A stretch of DNA of 64,000 bases, from the NCBI GenBank assembly GCA_965153455.1, contig OZ234493.1:33284213-33348212 (forward strand), written 5' to 3'. Shown one piece after another: positions 13,301 through 27,961 of this stretch. Positions within the stretch are counted from its first letter, which is position 1; each line of letters begins with the position of its first letter. Below the pieces are notes generated by a model. The model saw nothing but the letters and a program-made list of their open reading frames with translations, ran no database searches and was not told where the DNA came from. The position numbers and the translations under genes are program-made. Source of the stretch: Sphagnum compactum (taxonomy: Eukaryota).

Positions 13301-16300
13301 AAGTTATTATATAGACTACAATTGTTCTTAGTTGTATCTTCCCTTCATCTTTGAACATGGAGCTTCAAAACTTTTTGTAGAAGAATGTTGAGTTCCATCG
13401 CTTCATATTTTGGGTTGTGTGAAGATAAATGATATTTTTTTTTGTGATTTCTCCAAATCAATAAATAAAGTAATGTCTTGTTATTTATTTATAATCATGA
13501 AATTTCTTTTTTATTGTTGCCCTAAAATAATTGTTATTTTTTCTATTCATTTGAATGATCATACATCCAAAGTATTAAGTCAACATCATGTGGCATGCAT
13601 AAGTTGATTGTTAATGGGTTTTGTTTATGTGTTATGAAAACAATTAACAAACATTGAACATGGTGATAAGGATTGTTGACTAACGCTAATCCTAAGAGTT
13701 AGTCATGAAAACAAGTTCAATACTTGAATTTAATAATGTGATGGAGCTTGGCTTTTAAGATTGGCAATAGATATTTTCTATGAAAACTTCCAAAGAATAT
13801 GTCAATTTGAAGTCACGTATGTCAAACTTTTCATACAATATTTCAATATATTAAAGCAATAAAATTATTGGAAATGTTGATAATACAACTAAAAGGGCAC
13901 ATGCATATTAGAAATCATTTGTGTCATGTATTATAAACATGGTTAGGATGTACCTACCATGTTAATATTCCAACTTCCTGCATGAATTGAATGATGACAA
14001 ATTCATAATTTGAAATTGATTTCTTATGTTCATTTTTTCTCAAAAATTAAATAAATAAATGTTCTTGAGAATAAATTATTCAATATGTTTTTATTCATGT
14101 CTATATAGCTTTTTCAAAAATTGAAAGTGTTCCTTTTTTTTTATTAAAATTTTTTATTTATATTAAGTTTTGGTCATAGGTTTATAAATTGGGAATATTC
14201 CCTCCACCATTTTAGAAAATCAATAAAGTCCCATTTTTTCAGTTAATAAAATTCCAAATAAAATTATCTCTAGTGAAAAATGCTCCATATGCTTTTGTAG
14301 ATATGTTCATAATATTACGATCATTAATTTTCACATATTTCCCAATATTTCTTATTTCAAATGTTTTTAGAAATTCCAAACATTCTAAAATAACATACAT
14401 GTGATCAAAATTAACTTGCTTGAATAAATCTGATCTTTTTGATAATATCTTGATGAGGAGGAGGCTTGCACAACTTATGTTCTTGTTAAAAGTGAAAATA
14501 TTCTATAAAAATGCATATTTAAAACAAATTATTTCTAGATTGGTGACAATGTCATATGCATGTGAAAGTTTTGGTTCATTTTTCCACACAAATGTGTTTC
14601 TGAGTTGCATTGATAAGCCAAACCCTTTTCATCTCTTCTAAATCTTTTTCTAAAAACCACAATAAACTTTGAAAGAGTTTTGAACACCTCTATGAAATAT
14701 ACATGTATATTAAAATATGTGGAAACTTCTTTTTATTTTCAAAAAATAAAATGTTGTGTCATAATTGTTTGTCACCCCCACAACTTATATGTTTTCTTGC
14801 ATTTTATTATAGTGGAATTGTTTAATTATGGTGATTACTTTTCGTAAAAAATATAAAATTTTATTCAATGTAATGATTGCCTAGAGCAAGACCTTTGCTT
14901 ATACACTTAAACTGCTTTAGATTTTAGTATCATTTTACTAAGACAATAATCACTCAAGTGCATAAATAAAGGCATTGGATGATTACCTTTAAAATGTGTT
15001 TTTGATATATTGTGTTTATGCTTGCATTGCCAATTGCACAAACGAGCCGTTCTATCCGACTTGTCAATGTGCATACTTGTACATGTATAGAATATATGTT
15101 GTGGTTTGCCTCACATTTGACCCTACATTTATTTGCTTGTATATTCATATGATAATGTTTAAAAAGATGATAGTTTATATGATGTGCATAAGGTCAACTT
15201 TAAAATCATTTAAAAAAATTTTACTCTCATTGATAATTTTGCAAAGACTATATATTATTTTTATTTAGCATATATATATATATACCCAGTTAATGTTCTG
15301 GAAGTATGCATAGACCCTTATTTATCATATTTATCTAACATATAAAAATCAACATAACCATCCTATATTGGTTGAAAGTTGAAACTTCCAATATCTCTTC
15401 ACAACTAGAAATAAGAAGCCTATGGGTAATGTCCACAACTCCCTTTGCAATCCTTTGGTTTTTCTATTCTTCTAGTGACACAAATTTGGATTGGGTTTTG
15501 ATTCCACTTTTAGCTCCTTTGGTGATTGTTTTCAAGGCTTGGTCTCCTTTGCTTTGTGGGTGCCCATGGATGTGCTAGATGCTCCAAGCATTCCTTCATT
15601 TTTATTTATCCTAAGATTGGCCCTCAAGCCTTGAGGAAAGTAAATTGCTTGTCATTGCTTCTATTTTTACATGAATAAAACCTCTCAAATAGTTAGTTGT
15701 TGAATGTGCATCCAAATAATTAAGCCTTGATGACTTTTGCAAGAATAACTTTTGCGTGTTTTTTTACCAACTAAAAGCGGTTAAATGAAGTCTCCTATTA
15801 CTTCTATTCTAAACGCCTAGTATTTGAAATTGGGGATTCATAAGGGATTGCATTATGTATTCAAAAATCATGTATGTTGCACCTAAAGGGTAGAATCACC
15901 CATCAATGAACATTCATGAATGAGCGAACATTAAGGTATTTCAAATAATGAATCGTTAGCAAACATTGCCTAGTTAGTGACCGTTTTCATTGATATCTTA
16001 AAATCCAAATGACTGGTTCTTAAAACTTGTGGTTGAGATTCCTTAACCCTCCATTAAGGAATATTGTTTTGTGTTCATCAATGGGCTTCAAAACTCCCCT
16101 ACGCCAAAAATATTTCCCTTGTTCAGTTGCCTCTTTGTATTTGGTAATGGGTAATCAAGGAAAATTAGAGTACTTGGAATGAATGGCACTTATAAGTTCC
16201 CCTCACTATTTCATAGTACATAGTTAACTATGGTCTAACCGGCGGGGTAAGACAAGTTGGCTGATGTAGCTGAGATGACATCAGTTGACACAAGGATGAG

Positions 16301-16396
16301 AATGTGTTAACAACAAGAACAAGAAACCCCTAATAAATAAAGAAACTATCATACATCCAACTAATGTGTGACACTTCTTTTGTCCAATATTTGTTG

Positions 16397-16708
16397 GCCT
16401 TTGCCTTGGTAGGCAAGGATATTGAAGAGTTTATATTCATTATAGAGTAGAGTAGCTTAAGGGATTTTGGTCCCTACTTATATAAGGATTTTGGAAAGAT
16501 GATGTTTTGGCTTGTGTTGAAACTTGAGATGAGTTGTAGAGTTATAATATTTTGAAGGATTTTGGTTTCTTTTAAAGGATTTTTTTTTGGTAGATTATAG
16601 TAAATTGCATGATGAAATATTTGAGTTTCCATAATATTCTTCTTTTTGCCTTAATAAGATAACTTTTTAATTTAAATGGCAAGGCCACAGTAGTGTGACA
16701 CACACCCC
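16397..16708 (-). repeat. Copy 2 of the 5341-5593 repeat, in inverted orientation
   Basis: The reverse complement reads gggtgtgtgtcacac...tgtggccttgccattt...ttattaaggcaaaaagaag...ggaaactcaaatatttca...cccttaagctactctactctataatgaat. Confidence 0.85.
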
Positions 16709-17587
16709 TTGTTTATTTTAGAAAAGGAGGTTTCAATAATTTCAAATTTAATTTTTCAGAATTTCAACACTTGGGGAGGGAAAAAGTTATGCAAAACACA
16801 TCTTGTAAATTCTGCATTTGTAAATAGTAATCAAATTTTGATCCTTTTGACAAAAATATCAATAAAATTTTCTCCTTCTTTTCAGCTAGACCTTTTGCCT
16901 CATCATTTTTTGTGCACAACATCATAAGTAGTAAAGAGGTAGGGCATGCAATCACCAGAAACAAACTGCCAGATACAAAGCAAAATGCATTAACTTGGTT
17001 AAGCAAATCATCAACTTTGTTTTATTATATATATGAGCTGCTACAAACATACATGTCCAAAGAACTTATTTCAGACTTGTTGATCCGGATCATGCATGTG
17101 TGTATCAAAAGACTACACTGATCTGGGTGTAAAAAACTGAATTGATTCACACGAGATCTATCTGCATGCAAATTAGTTCTCAGTGTGAATCTTTAATCAG
17201 CCTCCAAAAGAATTGTCTAATTCAAAATGGGTTTTTTCAAATAATTTGTTTCCTGAAAGAATGAAACCAGGAATGATTCAAATTGGGTCCTAGTGTAAAA
17301 AGTCTAGATCCAGGCTAATCTGCTTGAAGTCTGTAGCAGCAACATGATCTCCTTCTAATTAGTCTTCCATCGACTACAAAGAATTAATAGAAATGCAATA
17401 AGTATCTCTAGCTAGTCCGTAAGAGACACCATTTGGGAAATCAAAGGTACTAGACTTGAAAAACAACAATGTACTCGATCACCCTTTTTGAGACTAATGT
17501 GATCCTATTCTGCATGACTCCTTCGACATTGTCCAGCAGCAAGTATTCAGCGTCTGAACATTTTTGCATTTCATATTCAGACAAGAA

Positions 17588-18001
17588 TCAGCTGCTAGCT
17601 GCTGCTATAAACACAAGTGCACTGATTAAGCTGATGACAGCGGTTGTGAACGAAGGCAATGATGAAGCTGAGACAGCAGCAGAGATTGGAGCCACGGGTG
17701 CAGGAGCCGGAGCATAATATCCAGGAGGAGCAGGGCCTGGAGCAGCTGAGACTCCAGAAGGTTTTGGAGCGGGAACTGGAGCAGCTACATGGCCACGTCG
17801 TCTTCCAGGCAAGTGGGTAGTTGGAGCGGAAGCAGCAGGCGCGGGTCCTGGAGAGTAAGCTTTGGTAGTCCATGAGGGGCGGCTTGGAGCAGGAGCCGGC
17901 GCCCAGGCTGCACTCACTGGTGTAGTCGATACGCAGAAAACCGATAATAGAACCAGTGCGATCACGGTCATTTGTGCAAACATCCTCATGATCGTCGTCA
18001 T
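17588..18001 (-). CDS. Classical arabinogalactan protein (AGP), single exon, 137 aa, predicted secreted and GPI-anchored
   Basis: Hydrophobic signal peptide (...VIALVLLSVFCVSTTPVSA), Pro/Ala/Ser/Thr-rich body with AP/PA/SP/GP dipeptides (APAPAP), short basic RRRGH insert, C-terminal small-residue site plus hydrophobic tail (SASSLPSFTTAVISLISALVFIAAASS). GC-rich island; TATATA at 18042-18047. Confidence 0.9.
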   Translation of the reverse strand: MTTIMRMFAQMTVIALVLLSVFCVSTTPVSAAWAPAPAPSRPSWTTKAYSPGPAPAASAPTTHLPGRRRGHVAAPVPAPKPSGVSAAPGPAPPGYYAPAPAPVAPISAAVSASSLPSFTTAVISLISALVFIAAASS

Positions 18002-21000
18002 GTGAGAATTAGTCCCGAACTCCTGATCTGGTCCGATCTGCTATATATCTGGGCTGCAGCTTCCACTCGTGTTCCGGATTGCAGATAGCTACCTTCCACT
18101 AGTCCAGAGCCGGATTGCTACAGATCTATTATAAAAATGCAGATCAGACGCTTTACTGGCAATAAAAAACTCATGAAACTAGAATTTCTAGTCACTACAA
18201 AATGGACCCAACAAACAATACTATCAACACAAGTACAGTAGTGCATGCAGTGGAGATTGCAGAGAATTGAAGCACAAAAACCTTGCACACACTACTAGCT
18301 TGCAGCTGAAAGAGGCAGATGAGAGATGTCCGAGAGTGAGTGAGCTCGCTCTAGATTCAGTAGCGACGAGGAGTAGATATGGAGGTGGGAGAGAGAGTAG
18401 AGAAGGGCGGCAGCAGCAGCAGCGACAGGCCATGGTTGCAATGGCGGTCCTTGGAGCGTGGAGCAGCCATAGCCATTGCCGCCGGTGGCGCCACCTTCCT
18501 CTCTTCATCGTCACACCTTACTAGCCTATAATAAGGTTTTCTTTTTTTCTTTTTTTTGGCGAGAATTCGTATCTTGGTGAATGCTTTTGCAGAAGGAAAG
18601 GAACCAAAAAAAAAAAAAAAAAGCCAATGAATTTTTTGGGGATTTTTTTCGCCATTTTTCGAAATAGATTTTATTAAATTAGCCATATCTAGACCTAGGC
18701 ACTTCCTAAGTCGCCACTTGTATTAGGACTTTTGTCAAAATGCTCCAGTCCTCGCCATTTAATTCTAAGTCATGCTTTGGGGGGGGGTGGGGTTCCTCGC
18801 CAGTGTATCGACTTGAGGAATTTGGCAAAAAAATAAAAAGGGCCCCCTGTACTATATATTTATCAGGAAATTAATTTAATTTAATTTAATTGCCAGGCCA
18901 TTTGCTTTCAACAAATGCTACCTTCTTCACATTACACAAGTTCCAGGGGATTTTTTATTTTTTTAAAATTTTTTTTTCAAATTTTTGAATTAACAGTTTG
19001 GCGATTTTATTCCAAAAGAAATAAAGCAAAATTAGTCGAATTTTTTACACTAAAAATAATTTTTTTCCAAAAATCCAAGTAATTATTACCCTTTTTACAC
19101 TGGGAGTAGGCAAGCTCATTAACTATCTGATGCTTTTTTTGGCCCAAATAAGACTTGTCCAAAATAGTGTAAATTAAAAATGGGAGGAGAAGAATTGTGG
19201 TGTGATTTTTTGGCCACGATTTTCGCCATTAAAAAAAAATTTGCCAGCTCTTTACCATCTGGCAATTTTGCCTTTATTTAAACACAATTCAAATTTGAGG
19301 TGTGTAATGGTTGCCAGACCCATTATTAAATCATGCCCACAAATGTGGTGCCATTTTTGCCACTAAAAATTTAATTATGGTCCCCAAAAATAGGCACATT
19401 CATTCCACTTAAGACCTTCTTATATAGTGCACTATATATTAAAGGGGCAGCTTCAATCTTTCAACATCATATGTTTTGTCAAATAAATTAATATTAGATA
19501 ATTAATTTTCCAAAAAAAGATTCCATGTTCAAAAAAAATTTAATTATTCCTGAATATTCTCAAAAATATTCCTTATATATTTTTCCTTCACAGAATTTGG
19601 TTATTTGAGAAGAAGAAAAAAAATTTGGAAAAAAAATTTTAATTTTGTCATTTCTACAAAATGATATAATTAGTAGTCTCCAAGTTGTCAAGGTACTATG
19701 GTATGGTAACTCTCACCATGTTTGGATGTATGAGAATAGAAACACAATTGAATGTTTGGATGTATGAGAATAGAAACTCACAATTTATAAAGATATCATC
19801 AAAATTAAAGTGGGCCATGTTATGTGAGTCTACAACTACAACACTTTGCAGCCTGTCATGACAATTCTCTAGACCAACAAAAGACAAATTCCCTTCCAAT
19901 TTTGGCCTATGATTTCCCAACCATTAATTTAAAGTTTTAAGCCTCAATTGGAGGTCTAATTGGCCGCCAATTGTAGACAAGAGGGCCTGAAAACATGGGG
20001 GTGGTGTTTTTTTATAGTGGGTTTTGGATGGTTTCAATTTAGGGTTTCAAGTTTCAAACCCTAGTGTTCTTTCATGGTATGTGAACTAGGTGGTATGTAA
20101 TTTAATGTTTGAGCACACTAGTTGCAAGGGCAATGTACAAGATTGAAATGGGAAATGCCCACACCCAGTTCCTCTGTATTAGGGTTTACTATGAGAAAAA
20201 AAAAAATGGCGAAATAGGCTTTAGTTCCTATGTATTAGGGTTTAAACCCTAATACGATAAAATTGCTCATTAGCGATGAACGCGTACTTATCATGGAACA
20301 TTTTTTTAAATATTTTTCTCATTCATTCATTCATTAATCAAAATTTGAACGATTTTTGTGTCATTGGATGCACAAATTGGAGGGTTACAAATTCTCTTTC
20401 AGTGTCAATTGTAAAGGAGCAATGCAAAAGACACAGGAAGGAAGAGGATAAACGATCGTTTGCTTGAATGTTTTTGGAAAAATAGTTTTAGAGCTCTCTT
20501 TGGTTCTAGGCTCGTATCTTCCTCATTTTTAGTCCATTTAAAATGGTTTAAAATCTTATGGATGCACCAACTACAAAAACTTTACAAAACCTTTTAATGG
20601 TGATTAGTCAATTAGCTATTTAACCTCAAAAACCTCGAGGTGCAAATGTAGTGTCGGTTCCACAAAGGGGAGAGGTTAGTTAGCAAGTTTGCCTTTCACA
20701 ATCATTCACATTGGCAAAAAGCTATGCCAACTCCTTCCACGTGTAATTGATTCAATTAGGTGTGATTAAATCGTCACAAGTTGTGCCGATAGGAAGGGTG
20801 TTCATGTCCATTTGATATTCATGACAAAAGCCAATATTTTGTTGGGGGCACCACCATGGTTTGTCAAGCTCCTTATTTTTTAACAACCATGATTATAACC
20901 CTAAGACTTGGGCTTGCTAACATGTTCAAATTAGTGGCCACGTTTCGTGAAAATGGAGAAATGTCAACTTCATCTACATGATTGGCAAATGTTATGTCAC

Positions 21001-22099
21001 AAGATGAATTTTTGGATACAAGAATTGTGAAAACAACCTTTGTTGTTGCACCATCGCACGTAACAGAAAACAAGGCTACAAGAATTGCTTATTAAATCGA
21101 CAATTGATTGTGCAAGGATTGCACCAAGAATGATGTTTATAAATAATGAACATAAGACTTTGTGTTTGACTACTTCATTGGTTAATAAGTATCATCCAAC
21201 ATGAATCTCATTGGACTTTGGAGTTCAACCATTAATGTTAGGGTGAGTAGCCATGGTCAGCTGGGGTTCACATCGACAATTTTTGAACTTTGTCCATTCC
21301 AAATACAAACTTCCTTGGGCGAATCAAAGAAAGTTTATGGGATGACAAGCCAAACAATATTTGGACAAGGCCATTGTGACAAATGCCATGTCATCTAATG
21401 TGCTAATGGGTGGGGTAGTTTTATACCCCATGGGTTTTGCATTGGATTTTTGGAAGGAATCTACATGTTACAAGCCAACATTATGCACCCAAAATTGTCA
21501 CTCGACTCTAAACCATGCCCTACTACAATTTCCCATAACCAATCAAATATGTTTTTGAAAATGTGATTGCCATAGATTTTGTTTAAAGTTTAAGGTTACA
21601 TAAAAAACATGAATTTTTTTAATGTAATAGGAGGGTGCCTTATTGTGGATAAATTTTCTTGGTGAAGGGGGGAAACATTTTTTCACTACAAGGAATCTTG
21701 TCCATACCAACCCAAGTGTTTTGTGACTTGTGTCCAAATCAACCATATTTGCAATTGCCATTTAAATTATCCTTTGTCACATTATGGTAATAATGTCTTT
21801 TAGTTTTATATTTAATTAAAAAATGGTCTTAAATTGTAAATGCAATTATGACTTGCAACTATTGTTGGTTTGGATGAAAATGAAAATGAAAAGTGTGTTC
21901 ATATATCCACAACTAATGGCATCCAACAATAAATGAAAGCTTAATTGTTTTTGTGACAAACAATGTGGTTCATAAGTGACTAAACAACATGTGGCATTTT
22001 GTTCAAGTTGAATTACAACTGTATATCATAGTTGTAAATGTACATGTGTTAATATTTAATTAATGCATGCATTATGCCATGTTAGTGTAGTTACATAGG

Positions 22100-22870
22100 T
22101 TTAAACAACCCTTACGTAGGCCCTTAAGTAGCCCAAGTACCCTAGGCAACCCTTATGTATCTAAATAAATGTTAAATAAGCCTTTAAGTAAGTTCTAGGT
22201 AAGCCTTAGGTAGCTTAAGTTGCCCCTAGGTAGGCGCCTAGGTCCTTTAGTTATTCTAGGTAGCATGTAAATAGGCTTGTACATACCCTAATTAATCTAA
22301 ACAAACCTTAGGTAACCCTTACATAGCCTAGGTAGCCTAGGCAACCCCTAGGTACCCAAAACATATGTAACCCCTAAATAGCCTAAACAACCCCTAGGTA
22401 GGTCCTTAAGTATTCTAGGTAACTTAAATAGCCCCTTGGTAACACTTAGGTGATTTAGTAGTTGTTAGGTAACCTATGTAACTCCTATGCACCTAAGGAA
22501 CCCCTAGGTAGGTCCTTAAGTACTCTATGTAACTTAAATAGTCCCTTAATAACACTTAGCTAGGTAGCTTAACAACCTTTAAGTAACCTATGCGATTCTT
22601 ATGCGCTTAAACAACCCTTCGGTAGCCTAGGTAGCTTAGGCGACCCCTTAAATTGCCTAGGTAGGCCTTAACTAGACCCTAATGAGTAACCTAAATAGGA
22701 CCATAGGTACCCTAATTAGTTTAAATAGCCCCCAAATAAGCCCCTAGGTAGCCTAAGTAGCCTTTAAATACCTTAGGTGATCCCTTGGTAACCTAAGCAA
22801 CCCTTACGTAGTCTAATTAATCCTTAAGCAACCCCTAAGTAGTTGACATAGTCTAGGGTAGGTTGAGTAG
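22100..22870. repeat. Degenerate low-complexity array built on cctaggtagcctaggcaacc-type units
   Basis: Dozens of CCTAGG/CCTAAG/CTTAGG variants with C>T and G>A decay. Confidence 0.8.
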
Positions 22871-25800
22871 GTCACATAGGGAGGTTTTAAAAAAAATATT
22901 AAAATATGGTTCCATTTCATATTACATAAAAGAAAAGTTGGTGCAATTGTCAACACTTTGCCTTTCAATGTGGAGGTGAAGGTGAAAAAAAAAAATTTAT
23001 CTATTTTTCCTTTCTACAAAACTTATTTATGCATAGATTTGGAATTCTACAACCTTTTTTATGAACAATCTTAATTTGTCCAAATTTCTTTAAATGAAGT
23101 GAAACAGATTCAAGAAAGCTCAAAGCATAATTAACAAAATACAAATTTTTATATGCAAATCAAAACTCAAATTAGTCTATTATTCTTCTTACCAAAACTT
23201 CAAAATAAAATAATTTGATGTTCAAATTCAAAACTCAAGTTATGTCCAAAACTCTACAACAAATCCTTTTTAAACTTCCTATTTAAAAGTTCAAATTAAT
23301 GTTAATTTGTATGCTATCCAAATAATTATCTTTCAATAAACTACATATTTGTAATATTTAAATTTTATTTCAAATTTTACGTTCTATAGAAACATTGCAA
23401 ATTACTACATATGTCACCACATATTAAAACCACCCCTAAACAAAATGAATTGATAAAGAATTTTAGGTGCACCATGTAAAAAAAAATTGGTGTTTTTAAT
23501 ATTACAAAATACGTGAATAAAAATATAGGGTTCCATGTATTGATTGTTGCAAAATTTTATAATTCAACTAACTCTATAAAAAAAATTAGATCTTTATTTT
23601 GAAAATATATATTAATTAATATAAGGTATGCAATGAAAAAAATATAACATATGTACTAAAAACTTTAGGTTTTAGTTATTAATAGGTTCAATTAGTAGGT
23701 CAATAAATGAATGAATATTAGTAAATGAACTTATAACCGAATGTGAAGGAAGATGAAGCAAAGGATGGTAAATGATAATTTCATTCTACTCTTCTAATTT
23801 AGGTTTCTATACTAACATATTGTCATTTAAAACATCAAAATCTATAAACAACAATAAACCTATAAAAAACAAAGAATCAGATATGGTAAAAATGTTCAAA
23901 AATTAATAATTTGCACTTAAATCATTTCTGCAATTAATTCAAAAAAAATTCAAAACAATACAAAATTGAAAAATAGAATCAAAATGTACAAAGAATAATA
24001 ATGTTTTTTGAAAATCAAAGTAGTTCCTTTTCTAAATTATAATCTAATTTTTTTCCAAAAAAACTACAACATACATCTCCTAATTCAAAATCAAAACCCC
24101 TCAAGAGATATTTCCTAATTTCCCACCATGCATAAACCAATTTCAAAACATACACTTTAAATGGGGATTTTGTTCTACCAACTCCCAATTATCTAACTGG
24201 AGGATATGCTAAGTATGTATGGTATGTTAAGAAAACTAGTTTCTATAAGATGATCTTACCATTTTTATTTTCATCTTCATCATTTTTCACAACTTCAAGT
24301 ACTAAAATTAATTTTAAATACATATATAAGGTATCAAAATTTTATGCAAACAAAAAAATATAATTAAATTTATGGTGGATTAAATATGAGCATGCTAAAA
24401 AATTAGGTATTATTAATAGGTGAGGGAAAATGGGTTCCTTCACATAATACCATCCAAACAATACCTTGTTTGTTTGATGTAGGTGGAGTAGAATGTTAAC
24501 ATTTAATGTCCCCCCTAAGAATATTTCCTCCACAAAGGGCAAACAATTCAAAAAACATAATGCTCATAAAAGGTGGTCATTATGTTTTTTCAAAATGCTT
24601 GCCCTCATTTTTCTCCTTGTGATACCCAACAAGTATCACTTTAAAATAAATTTAAAAATTTAAATTTAAAAAAAAGTTTTAAAAAACCTTCAAATATGTT
24701 ATTATGTTTTTTAAAGCCTTTAGCAATGAACTTTACTAGATTTGGGCCTACACTTGGCTCCACCTCACACAAGCCCTTATTTTAGTAAAGCCCAATGCCT
24801 TGGGTCTTAACCTAACAAATCCAACCCATTTCAAATAGTTTCAAATCTAGCCCATTCCATGCCTATTTGGGGCACATGTGACCTTGGTTTCAAAATCCTT
24901 TGTTCGACCACATTAAAGACCCTATTTTGAGGATTTGAGGTGCTACACCCACCATTCACAAGGGACCCTACTAACAATTTTTTATTTACATTCATAATTA
25001 ATTGAAGAACCTTTTTTAAATGAACTTCAATTTGGGTTGAGTTTTAAATCCTCTTGTCTTTGAGGGGGAAGTGAATGTGAAAAAATAATGAAATTTTTTA
25101 TTTAATTAACATGATTTTTTGACATTTTTGGGTGCTTCTTGTATGAAAATTTTCGTATATGTGGCCACATTCAAGGTCATATTTACGTTGTTAAATGTTT
25201 TCAAAAAAATAATAATAATATCATAAACTTTAAATCAAAATCTTCATTCCTGGTTAATATTCAAACTATAGTTTAAACAATATTAAACTTACATGGTGGT
25301 ACAAATAAAATATGAATTAAGTGTGCAAATCCTTTGTGAAAATTTACCGAAAAATATGATTTAAGTTGGACAACTTATAAAAAATTAGTTGAACATGTTT
25401 TCATATAAATGCCACTAGAATTCATGTTGTACATGTGAACTCACTTTTATATTAGTTGAAAATGGTGAATTTTTTTTTTGACATTACTTTGGATTATATG
25501 AATTTGGAAGCTTTGATAATGCACACAAGTCAAAACACGTAATTAGGAGCAAAAAAGGGTGTTAGACATAATCAATCAAAATCCAACATTTATTTTTTTA
25601 TTACCATTTTAAACCATAGTAATCATGGCAAATCAGTCTTTTTTTCCTCATATGAATGTCAAGGAACTTAGAATAAAAAATCACACAATCCAATTTTAAG
25701 TTTTGGTTTTAATTTAGAACATTTGACAATGCACACCTATTGCATTAGATAAAGTCAATTTTGCAAAAGGACACATATAATATAAAAAAATTCATTGAAA

Positions 25801-27917
25801 AAAATATAGATGATAAGAAAATATTAGCCACACCCAAAAGGCACTCATACTTTTAAAAATGTGAAATTCTAAAACTTTAAAAATTCAAAGAATGTTTCAA
25901 AATTGCTTTAGAATTTTAGAACTTCATGCGTCCTTTACCACATATAAATGGGTTATGATGTACATGATGTATGAAAAAAATTATAGCTTAAAATATAATA
26001 AAGCTAAAGAATGTGAAATTTCAATTTTTGGTGATGACTTAAAATTTTGATCATTTTTCAAAATGAAACATTGAATCTGTAAGGAATCTGCACACTTTTT
26101 AAAATTCATATTTATTCAATAATGACTAACAAAAAAATGTGATGCATTGTGGAACATTTAAATTTTTTTACAACAAATTACAAAAAGTTCATTCAAAAAT
26201 TCATTTGCATGTAAAAGTTTGTTTTAGGAAAAAAAACATGTAGTCTTTTTCCAAAGTAATCCTTTTGTCTCCTAGTTACAGGTTTTAACCCACCCAATAT
26301 TTGTGATTGTGTCCAATATATGAGATTTTTTATGGGATGTTTATTTGGTCAAAGGTTAGAATATTGGCCAAAATTTCAAATTTAAAGACACAACCAATTG
26401 AAAATTTTCATAGAGTCTCAATCGAAATTTCATAAAAGTTTTTTTTCCGTTTATAGGCAAGCTTGTTTTTTTGGGTTGACTAATGCCTAAAAAAGGCTTA
26501 TAAATTCAATTAAGATAAAATAAAATACATCATAAGTTATGATTAGTGTCATGCATGTGCACATGGTTTTTGATATACATATTGGGTAAGCATAAATGGA
26601 AATATATAAGTGTACAGTTTTCATTTACATCCATGTAAATCCCCAAAAAACACATATACACTTACACAATTTTACACGTAATGTAAAACCATTAAAACAA
26701 TGTAAGCAAATAAATGAACACAACACATAATAACATATGCAATATCACATTTCCTCTTTTTTACTCTCCCTTTCCATGGTTCAAGACAATAGATGTGGAA
26801 ATGGAACTGGTTCAACAAAGGAAGAAAAGGAAAGGGGAAAGGGGGCAAATGCTAAGCATGCCACAAACAAAAAGGGAGGTAGGTGAGAGAGAAGAAAGGG
26901 TTAGGTGTGGAGGAATAGATCTCTTGCACAGTTTCTTTCATTGTGGTCTTGTGAGTTCATAAATGTTTCTCCCTTTTGTCTAAAGGTTGTTTGCAAGTGC
27001 AATTTGTGATATCATCAAATAGAACTCTTCACATTGTTGAAATCTTCAATATGTTTCAAATGAGCTTCTTATTCCTCATTCCTTACTTTCTTTGTCATGT
27101 TGCGTTCCCTTTTCTTGTGGTTGTCATGCAACTCATCTCATTTTGGTCTTGCAAAACAAAGTTTAGTTTAGAACAACTTCCCCATGTTGATCCTCTTCAT
27201 CTGTAATTTTTGTAGTTTTAGATGGTGGTGTTATGGTCATTTTGCAAATCCTAGCATTGGTGGAAGCTTCATCATCAACTTGTTTTAGGTGAGGTCTCCT
27301 TTGTCACCTTGCTTTCATTATAATTTTGACGTTTCAAAACGTACAATTTTCAATAAAAAGTATGAAGTGCAATACCTTTTTTTTAAACCATAATCTTTAA
27401 ATACAAGTGTAGCACGTTACCTTCATGAAGGTATTGCATCTTTAAACTTACATGATAATTTTCTTACACAATATCATGTAAGTGTATTTCAGAAACATAT
27501 TCACACATATTGTGCACATGAAAATTCCAAAATATCACATGCCATGAAATGTAAAAGTGTAAAAACTTTGACATGTAAGTGTAAACAATTTACAATTGCA
27601 TGGGTTTTCATAATGTGTAAAATTACTATTTTTTATTTATATGCACAACATTGATTATGAATTATGACCCTTGACATATTTTTTAAAATAAAGAAAAATT
27701 TTGAGAAATGATTTGAACATGAAAAACATAAAAGGCTTACACAACCTATTATATATATATTTTTAATTTCAATTTTGTGATTTAGCAAAAAGTGGGTTTT
27801 TTTTTGTTAAAAAAACACATCCATCCAAAGATTTTCTCAAACCTACTTGCTTCATAGTTATTAAAGAAACCCAAAACCTTCTTCTTGGATACTAATGAAA
27901 ATAGGTAAAATTGATAC

Positions 27918-27922
<5 letters not shown>

Positions 27923-27960
<38 letters not shown>
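27923..27960. repeat. (TG)19 microsatellite
   Basis: Read directly from the sequence. Confidence 0.95.

Positions 27961-27961
<1 letters not shown>

Noticed and set aside
10600..15300. Possible hAT/MULE transposase remnants here, and similar decayed stretches at 20.6-21.8, 28.1-29.0, 30.2-32.1 and 45.1-45.9 kb
   Set aside because: They look like decayed coding sequence, but I could not recover diagnostic motifs. TBLASTX against a transposon library is needed.
18193..18202. CACTACAAAA possible CACTA terminus
   Set aside because: No matching downstream TIR with the expected TSD was found.
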